Part shown: positions 54,713 to 64,000 of the stretch, one piece after another
How positions within the stretch are numbered: the first letter of the stretch is position 1
How the letters are laid out: every line of letters begins with the position of its first letter
From: Octopus vulgaris
Taxonomy: Eukaryota
Assembly (NCBI GenBank): GCA_951406725.2
Contig: OX597821.1
Coordinates: forward strand, 67,580,001 to 67,644,000
Length of the DNA: 64,000 nt
Reading direction: 5' to 3'
Notes under the pieces: model-generated
Told to the model about the DNA's origin: nothing
What the model saw: only the letters and a program-made list of their open reading frames with translations
The model's database searches: none
Made by a program: the position numbers and the translations under genes

Positions 54713-55519
54713 ACTAATATATACTGTATAAAACAACAGAAAACGACATGTATGGCCATGTGGCGTAATGGAAATAGAAAACAAATTATGCATTTATCAC
54801 ACAATCCCGTTTTGAAAGATGATTTTATTTTGGTTAGTGTAATCCTATATGTTTTTTATCCAGCCCTTGAAATTATGTGGCTTGAGGGAGATTAGCTGGT
54901 ATTTCTACCATGTAGAATTACTTCATGGCGGTTTGACTCTTCAACTTGAAACCATTTTATAGTTCATGCATGGTTTAGTGGGCGGGAGATACATTGTAAC
55001 AATGGAGAAGAAATACAAAGCAATTCCTAAGTACTTTCTGTGAGGTGACACAGAAACAACTACCTACTGTAAGTGCAGTGACGTATCATTTCCTCATCCC
55101 TACACAATTCTAATACATTCATCTCCAGCTTCCCATTAACCGATTTTGTGCTACGATACACTGACGATGGTTCTAAGATGCCACTTGACAGTTGTCAGTT
55201 TAAGGGTGCAGGGTTAATATGGGTTAGGTGACTAAGTCTACCAAGGTCAGGAGACGTATCTTTCTTTTGTATATTTTTCTTTTGTTATCTCTCTTTTTAT
55301 TATTGTGTCTATTAGTACACTATAATATTCGTTATTAGTTTTACTATTCTTCTTATAATATACATTTAGTTAATCTCTTCACGTTCTGAATTAAAACGTC
55401 TCCTTGGTGTTAATAAATGTAGCAGTCAAGTACTGAATCGGTATAATAGATTGTTCCTTTTCTTAAAATTTGCGTAATTCTACATGCGTTAATTCGGTTA
55501 CTATTTGTATTATTGTTTA

Positions 55520-56330
55520 CGGGGATTTCGTACGAATGTCGCACCCATTAGTTTTGTGTGCGATTGGAACAGCATCTTCGATGCACGCACGTGTAGGAAG
55601 AGTATAACCAAGAGGTGTAAATGTCTTGTAGGCCTGCTGAGACAGTTCCACTTTTAACAGAAACAGCCTGCCGATCCCGAATATACTAATGTTGACTTTG
55701 ACAATGAGCCTGTTCACAGACTTATGCTATTGAAAAAACAGACAATAATTTGCATCATATTTGGCAAGATTAGAACATAGAGAATGAGGTAATGGAATCA
55801 TATTCATGGTAGGGAAAGTTTGCAGATACTGGACTTGGGAATTATTTCTGTGGGAATCGTAAGGACACACATGATTGAACACACATGAAAGGTAAATAAT
55901 AGTAGAATTTGTCAATTTTAGCAAGGTTGCAACAATAGAGAAAAGAAATTGCTCGATTAGAAGATGCGGACAGGATAGGTATCGCTCATGATGACAGACA
56001 GGAAGGTAAGAAATGCCTCTACTTCCCCGTTGTGTTAAGACACTGACTAGCAACAAGAGACAACAATGTGCTATCAGATTCCAGGAAAGTATTTGAAAAA
56101 ACTCTATCCACGAGCAGTGAGATATTACAAATCATGGGCATCGATGTAAAACTCAGCGTTTTCTTTCAAGTCTGTGGTAAACCTGCAATGTGTTGCGCGG
56201 GAAGCTGATTTGGTAGATGCAGTAATAGTTGGAAGTGAGTGAGAAGTGAAAAAAGAATAGTAAAGCAGAACTGCCTTCTAATGTACCTTTCTTAAACTTT
56301 TCAATTACTGTCTTCACTGTGGTCCATTGC
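55520..56330 (-). pseudogene. Possible highly decayed hAT-type transposase
   Basis: Colinear weak motifs THC, IIYLSCVFNH (cf. LAYLxDIF) and ELSQQAYK..TP; many frameshifts. Confidence 0.3.
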
Positions 56331-56654
56331 AATTGGCTGCAACGTGGGAGAAATGAGACTGCAGCCGTGAATCTTTAGGTCTTCGTGATAATACTAAAGA
56401 AGGACACTAACATATTATAGAACATTTAGGCCCATAATACAATAAAAATATGAAATTAACGATTTTCGGAAAGTTGTTCACTAAGAGTTTTAGAATATGT
56501 CGTTGATAGTGTATTTGGAAATTCACAAACTTGTGTAATACCTGAAAATTCAGTGCGATAAATCGTGGAGTATGCTACTTCTACATCGGGCTTTGGTAGA
56601 TCTCTGTTTATTGTACATTATTCCAATGCGTTCTAAAATCCGCTAAAACAGATG

Positions 56655-56927
56655 AATTACCGCTAAGCATTTCGCCTGCTAATGCTTCTTATTTTTTTTA
56701 TTTATTGCCCACAAGGGGCTAAACATAGAGGGGACAAACAAGGACAGACAAACGGATTAAGTCGATTACATCGACCCCAGTGCGTAACTGGTACTTAATT
56801 TATCGACCCCGAAAGGATGAAAGGCAAAGTCGACCTCGGCGGAATTTGAACTCAGAACTTAACGCCGGACGAAATACCGCTAACCATTTCGCCCGGCGTG
56901 CTAACGTTTCTGCCAGCTCGCCACCTT
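56655..56927 (-). mobile_element. SINE-B, young copy, plus start of a second unit
   Basis: Near-consensus reverse complement at 56690-56927. Confidence 0.9.
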
Positions 56928-57299
56928 GTTTTTATTTATTAAAGCCAAAAATATTTTGCACCGGCGTGATTTGGCCGCTCTTCCAAGCATATCAAGGCTC
57001 TTCTGTGTTGTTAAATAATGACGGTGTGCTGCGTAGTGTTTTAGTTGCCCTATGGCAAGTGTTAAGGAAATTAGAGGAAGACCGCAAGGGCACGTGCAGT
57101 GCAGCTAGTCTCTGGTGAAACCACTTCAAAAAGCACTTATTTCACAAAAGCTACAAGAGTTTGTCTCAACTATCAGGCTGAACTTCATTTTCAGTGGAAC
57201 TTATTTGACCAGCAACAAAACTTGAAATTGTAAGTAGCGCTAATTGTGGTTAGATGTCGGTGGTGGGGAAATGCAGCCTTTATTGCGCTTCTAATGACG

Positions 57300-57537
57300 G
57301 TAATAACCATGATGATGATGATGATGATGATGATGTGAATTCATAATGGTGATGATGGTACGGATGACGATAACATGTAAATAATGATGTTGTGGTTGTT
57401 GCTGCTGTTGTTGTTGTTGGTAGTGGTGGTGTCAGGCTGGCGGTGGTGGTAGCGGTGGACTGATAGATGTGTTGGTCTAGTGTTAGATTTGGTGGCAGTG
57501 ATAGTAGAAGCAACAGCAGCAGCCACAGCAGCAGTCA

Positions 57538-57572
<35 letters not shown>

Positions 57573-57722
57573 CTGGTGGTGGTGGTGGTGGTAGTAGTAG
57601 TAGTAGTACTAGTACTAGTAGTAGTGGTGGTGGTGGTTGTGGTGGTCGTGGTGGTGGTGGCGGCAGCGGCAGCAGCAGCAGTAGTAGTAGTAGTAGTAGT
57701 ATTATGGGTGGTGGAGAAGGGG
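57300..57722. repeat. Compound trinucleotide tract (GAT/GTT/GTA/GTG/GCA)
   Basis: Seen directly. Confidence 0.95.
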
Positions 57723-58854
57723 TAGCGGTGCAACATATTTAAGCAGAGAGTGGAACAAATAACCAACTCGGTGTTACTGGGGCTCATATCAAGATATGCA
57801 ACAGCTCCTGTCATTTGTCTGTCTTGAGTACATGAGTGCTTTTATTTTCATTCCAGATAAATGACTAACTAAAAATATTGGAACTCCATCGATTCTATTA
57901 CACTGATGCGAACTTCATTAAAACGGTAATTAAAAAGATGCAGCATATTTTAAAGATGCCCTTAAAACAAAGTCGTAGTATGAATCTGTCTAACTAGAAT
58001 ATCTATAGCCACAGAGTTTTCAAAGGGATCGCTGTATCAGGTTTTTATTTATCCTATTCTCGTTTCCTTTGTATTAGCTAAGCAGTTTTTATTATGACAT
58101 AGAAAGGGGCAAAGAAAGAACCAGCAGCATCCAAAATCTATTCTTGATGACTGACCAAAATGTTGGTATGATATTCTGGGTAAGTCACCTCAGTATTGGT
58201 CTGAAGTTTAGCGAAGATATTATGATGTGTTTTGGACGAGAGAAAAATAAGATAGCAATGCATAGTCAAGTACAAGATTTGAACTCTATCTGGGAGAATG
58301 CAGACAGGCTTTGCAAAAATATTCTATCGTTGATGAAACTATATGAAAGCTGTGCGTATGCGAATAAAAATGAAGATTTTGACAAAACCAGAAAAAATAC
58401 TTTTATTACTACCTCATTAGCAAACGTATTAAATGCTTCATTAACGCAAGTGCAGTGTCGTCCATAGCACATGAATCTGTGGAATTAGACTGAATGAAAA
58501 TAAATCTAGATGCTATAAACTGTACCATTAGAAATACTTTTAAATAAAACACATCACGCTATATAAAAGGATTACTACTGTACATTTTGCATTATCAACT
58601 TAAGGAGATACGAAAATCCAACAGGGTGTCAGGAAGCAGTTTATATCTACAGGAATTAATGTTATCTTTTATATTTCCAACTAACAAGAGGCTTTAAGTA
58701 CGTGACCTTGTTATTTGTACAAAACTAGCAAATCGATTATCCACGTAGTAACAAAATTCTCTCAAGAAAATGTAACATGTTTATTGTAAAGCGGTCTTTC
58801 GCCATTTCTATATCTGTCCTTTGACGACGGTTGTCGCTCTGACAGATATTGTTA

Positions 58855-59076
58855 GAGTAACCCCTCGCCATATCGCGGTTCCCCTATCGCGGTTTTTTTA
58901 TTTATGCGTACGTCGATTCCTCTGTGGTGTTATTTTGAATTTATAATAAAATAAATATATACAAATTATAAAAATAATTAAACAAATATACAGTACAGTT
59001 CTGATTCTACTTCACAGATTGTTACCAATCGCTGGGGTTTTGGAACGTAACACCCATGATAGTCGAGGAATTACTG
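58855..59076. mobile_element. pogo/Tigger-like MITE
   Basis: TA-flanked; TIRs gagtaacccctcgccatatcgcgg / catgatagtcgaggaattactg; same family as 35710. Confidence 0.8.
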
Positions 59077-59479
59077 TATTCCGAAGTCCTCGATAGAATG
59101 CTTTTACCTCGCACTGGTGACCCCCAGTCGTACAATGTTATTATCTTCAAAAGGTTAGATCGTTATAATGTCCACTCAGTATCACAGCATCATTACTATA
59201 TCAGCACCGACACGACTGTCAACAGAGTCTACACGTACTCTCGACTTTCTTGTCCTCCTGTTTGTCGACCGGCTACTGGTCTATTTATAACAGCTGACTA
59301 CTACAACTTTTTACTGGGAGGGGTGTACAGTTTCACTATACAACAATTTTCAGTTACTAAAATCAAAATCTAAAGCAGATGTCAAAACGGAAATACTGAT
59401 TGCTGTTATTTCAACCTTGATAAACAATCTAGGGGAACTTAGCTAAAATTATTACAAGCGTTGTCATGGCCGTGATATT

Positions 59480-60095
59480 CTTTTGTACTCTAGGAACAAA
59501 GCCCGAAATTTTGAGGAGGAGGTGAGCAGTCGATTAGACCGACCCCAGCACGCAACTGGTACTTAATTTATCGACCCTGAAAGGATGAAAGGCAAAGTCG
59601 ACCTCGGCGGAATTTCAACTCAGAACGTAAAAACAGACGAAATAACGCTAAGTATTTCGCCCGGTCTGCTAACGTTTCTTATTTCCTTACTGTCCACACC
59701 GGGTGACACACAGAGAGGACAAACAAGGACAGACAAACGGATTAAGTCGATTAGATCGACCCCAGTGCGTAACTGGTACTTAATTAATCGACCCTGAAAG
59801 GATGAAAGCAAAGTCAACCTCGGAGGAATTTGAACTCAGAACGTAATGGCAGACGAAATACCTATTTCTTTACTGCCCACAAGGGGCTAAACACAGAGGG
59901 GACAAACAAGGACAGACAAACGGATTAAGTCGATTACATCGACCCCATTGCGTAACTGGTACTTATTTAATCGGCCCCAAAGGATGAAAGGCAAAGTCGA
60001 CCTCGGTGGAATTTGAGCTCAGAACGTAACGGCAGACGAAATACGGCTACGCATTTCGCCCGGCGTGCTAACGTTTCTGCTAGCTCGGCCTCTTA
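59480..60095 (-). mobile_element. SINE-B trimer with 17-bp target-site duplication
   Basis: gtcatggccgtgatatt at 59463-59479 and 60096-60112 flanks three units. Confidence 0.92.
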
Positions 60096-60397
60096 GTCAT
60101 GGCCGTGATATTAAGAGTTTAGGTTTGCAATCCCGTGGTTCCGAGTTCAGATCCCCTGGTGCCTCTTGGTAGAGAGTAGCTGTATGATGGCCCATTGTAC
60201 ATGTATATATCTATGTATGTTTAATTTTGTGCTCGTGCTGACGTTGCATGACAAACAGTTTTGGTTTTGTTACGTCCGTGCAAATTAGATGTTCAGAATA
60301 CGATAGAATATGCACCAGACTTATAACAAGCATTGAGGTCGATGTGATCGTCTAAAAAATCTATTCTGGGCATTGCCACCGTCTAATTATTGAAACA

Positions 60398-60805
60398 AGG
60401 CGTAGGAGTGGCTGTGTGGTAAGTAGCTTGCTTACCACCGAAATGATTTCGAGTTCAGTCCCACTGCGTGGCACTTTGGGCAAGTGTCTTCTACTATAGC
60501 CTCGGTCCGACTAAAGCCTTGTGAGTGGATTTGGTAGACGGAAACTGAAAGAAGCCCGTCATATATATGTATACATATATATGTATATGTGTATGTAGGT
60601 TTGTGTGTCTGTGATTGTCCCACCCCCAGCATCGCTTGATAACCGATGCTGGTGTGTTGACGTCCCCGTAACTTAGCGGTTCAGCAAAAGAGACCGATAG
60701 AATAAGTACTAGGCTTACAAAGAATAAGTCGATTTGCTCGAATAAAGGCGGTGCTCTTGCATGGCCACAATCAAATGACTGAAACAAGTAAATGAGTAAA
60801 AGAGA
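60398..60805 (+). mobile_element. SINE family A, full length (preceded by an old relative at about 60100-60397)
   Basis: Family-A consensus. Confidence 0.9.
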
Positions 60806-62829
60806 TAAAACGATAAAAATAACCACAAAATCATAAATTTGCATAACGAAGACATGAACGAACTGAATGCTTCCTATGAAAAAAGTGATTGGTAACAGAA
60901 ACAACTACTTCCGTAGTACAAAACAAAACAGACTATCACTATTAGATACAGTGAAAAGAATATCGGAATTCACCTAAAATATATAATAGCAGATATCGTT
61001 TGTATAGATTATTTCCAGAAACAATGTAATGAATCAAAAAATATGCTTCAAAAACCGAAAAGCCACTTTGCATATTTTTATCTACAGCATGAATAGAAGA
61101 AACATGACAATGCTTACATAATTTTCCATGATAAAAATTACCAATTATCCTAGTGCACCAATTATTGACATATTAATACCTAATTATTATAATAGCTAAA
61201 GAATTATAGCGAATTAGCTATTGAATTTTTAAAAAAATAGATTGTGCTATTTAAATAGTTTGTCCATCATCCGGTTATAACTTTTATATATAGAATGATA
61301 CACAATTACTTCGGTAAATACATTGAGAGATAATTTCTAAGGACAGACATAGACAGATGCTAGAAAAATAGTAGTATCACTATATGTAAACATTGTTGAA
61401 GTATTCTTATTCAGTATCTGTTAATCTTGAACAGTTTTACGCAGGTTTTTCTAAGACGCACCTAATTCTTTTCGAACAAAGGAAATTCTTAACGTATATC
61501 TGAAACTACTCGTAACTAAAAATAATATTATCAATAGTTTAGGAATAGTGATACTAATGAATTCTAAGTTTATCGAAGTTAAACATTTTGAGATATCGTT
61601 TTGTCGATGTAACTGATCCCCTAAGATTTCACTATCACATATCTGATCGACCGCGCAAGGATGAAATGCAAAATTAATCCCAATGGGAATTACAGTCAGA
61701 ATTTAAACAGACGTAATTAAATATAGCTAGGTTTTTAGTCTAATATTCGACTGTTTCTGCAAAGAAAGTCCACGATAAAAATATCTAGCAACTTCTAATG
61801 TAGAAATCGAAAATTCATTACAAATACTTACCAAAAGTTGACTTGTTCTGTAACGACACACACAAAGGAAGGATAATATTTTTTAATACAAGTTCTAGCA
61901 TAGGCGAATTTGATTACCATACATGAAGGGAATTCAATGCCAAGAACAAATTATTTAATATATAATAGCTGTCACGGTAATTTTACAGTTTCAGTATAAT
62001 AAGTTAATTATAGATTTAAATTAATTTTGATTCGTTTTCACCAGGCAAACCGCCAAATATTTCTGTAGAAAATGGGTAACAGTCGACTGAATTGAACTAA
62101 GTTCATTGTTGGCTTCCTTGTTATTGCTCCTAAAGCGACAGAGAGCATAAAAGATAAAATGTAATATTTGTAGGTATAAAACTTAGAGGAAAGCCAAATT
62201 TTTTTTTCTCTCTCTCTCTCTGCAGTTCGGTTAATCAGAGACATACACACATATACACAGAGACTCTAACTATTGAGAAAAGTTGAAATTGACAGTTTAA
62301 TGTTCATACCTTTTTCATTAGGGATGTAAGTTAAGTGTCTTTAACTTAGAGACCAAAATATCGGAAAGGAGCAAAGATTTCCCTCTGCAGCAATAGATAA
62401 ATTACTACGTTGGTACGTACCAGCACGGTGACAGCGGTTGCTGTTTAGGTTAACTCTAAACATCAAATTCAATCAAGACGAACCTAGAACCCAGCAGCAA
62501 TATTTTTACCGTTTTACTTGTTACAGTGACCATCGACCATATTATTTATTGTATCTTTCTTTCTACGACGGTGGTGTAACTGGATTTGCAGGAGCATATA
62601 GGTTTCTTTATTAAGCTACGCAGAGCCGAACATTGAGGGGACAATACAATGTAGAATTTTTCTTTTCGAAACCGATCAATAGGGATCGAGAACGTTTTGG
62701 ATAACAAAGTGTCGTTTTAACTGCTGAAATTCTCAAAAGGGTAAAAAATAAAACACTGACCAGATTTATCCGTGGAAAATAAAGCATGCGGGAAAAAAAA
62801 AAACACGGAATAAAAAACCATGAGAGCAA

Positions 62830-63365
62830 AGTACAATTTGTCTTTTTGTTCTATAGATTCATACTCAAAATGGGTTCGTCATTCATGCATACTATCCTTG
62901 CTACATTCACCAACCTTTTACTGAAATTTTCATTCAACAAAACTTTCCTCTCTACTCTCATCTTCCTTTTCAAGTAATGCTTGAAAATGTTGAGGACAGG
63001 TTGGCCAGGGTAGAAGGTATTTGTCTTTAAGCCTTTCAAGCGAGTCCGCCATACACATTCTTTCGCCATAGCCACCAGTACGATGAAAACTGCGTTGCCT
63101 TCCCGGTTCACGGAAGGTGGCGGGGCAATATTTACGATAGACTCGGCTGACAACCGGATGCGGCCCACATGTGACAGCAGCTGTTTGACATAGTTCCACA
63201 GGTCTGAAATATTTGGACATTGCATCTCGGACAGGTCCTTTTGGTGTTTCTTGATCCGTGTCTGCAGACCTTATCTCGAACGGACAATGCTCCTTAATAG
63301 CACTGCCAGGTCAGGGATCTCTGGAAATTGTCCATAGATCCTGGCCCGAAAGTGGTTTTGAAGTG
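62830..63365 (-). pseudogene. Tx1/L1-clade LINE ORF2 C-terminal (zinc-finger region) fragment
   Basis: FQRSLTWQC..GALSVRDK...CPRC / QCPNISDLWNYV...AKECVWRTR resembles the L1-group cysteine-rich C-terminus; internally deleted. Confidence 0.7.
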
Positions 63366-63489
63366 TTATATCATAATCCATTACCGGCCATATTTTGAAA
63401 AGTTAGAACTAACGAAATCAAACGTTTTACTTATTACGTTGTTGCCAAGTAAAAAGTATATTAGATAAATGAACATAAATAATTAGGTT

Positions 63490-63542
<53 letters not shown>

Positions 63543-64000
63543 CAAAACGCTCCCCGTCCAATGGACAGTGCTGAATCATATTTGCTGAATAAAAAGGAAT
63601 CAGTGTTTTCTTTTCATTAAAAAATAATTAAGCATGCCTTTATTTCAATAAAATTTTTGGTTTTGTTAAATGAAATTAAGGCAAAAAAAACAGCTTCTTG
63701 AGAAACCAAATAGTTTTTCCTTCCTTCATGCCAAGTTTGAAGAAAATATCTGTTTCGCATCTTACTTTTTTGGTCTCTTAAATATACTGCATATTTTTGG
63801 CATAATTTCAAGCCAGCCGGCTTTTTTGCGCCAGCTGCACGTGCATTTTTCTCGCGTACGCGTAGTATCGATTGCAACAGCTGATGTACTTGCGCGTACA
63901 AATGCACGTTCCCACGGCTTTATCGATCACATTCTCACCTGGAATCGATATATGTAATTTTTTCGAGACTTATACACGCCCTGATACCGTCGGTATCTAC

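Noticed and set aside
57280-57814. Poly-Thr, poly-Val and Ser/Gly ORFs resembling mucin or structural proteins
   Set aside because: Trinucleotide repeats open on both strands; no unique coding context
58144-58467. 107-aa ORF in unique-looking sequence
   Set aside because: No motif recognised and no clear splice structure; length within chance expectation
63538-64000. Possible DNA transposon or Helentron-like element at the window end
   Set aside because: Cut by the window edge; no termini or coding motif visible to classify it

Overview
Eukaryotic, AT-rich, repeat-saturated window with no intact protein-coding gene that I can support. The repeat families and the very high (TA)n/(CA)n/(GATA)n load look like an octopus (coleoid cephalopod) genome; this is recognition, not a database result. 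Nearly all ORFs in the track are microsatellite or SINE artefacts. The real content is: two abundant tRNA-type SINE families (here A and B; B often occurs as multimers) plus minor SINEs; decayed LINE pieces (CR1/L2-like, RTE, Tx1/L1, R4/Dong-like); Tc1/mariner, pogo/Tigger and possibly hAT remnants; two non-autonomous Helitrons; and several Penelope-type inverted repeats. The most interesting signals are (1) short TA-embedded elements carrying minimal hammerhead-ribozyme-like motifs whose core 3-8 pair differs between families (C-G, U-A, G-C), (2) long fold-back palindromes at 13.2, 46.4, 50.4 and 53.8 kb, (3) SINE-B multimers with recurrent identical junctions inside single target-site duplications, (4) a twin-priming-type inversion in an RTE LINE, and (5) two weak, phase-compatible candidate exons 13 kb apart. 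All coordinates and alignments were read by eye, so boundaries of decayed repeats are approximate.
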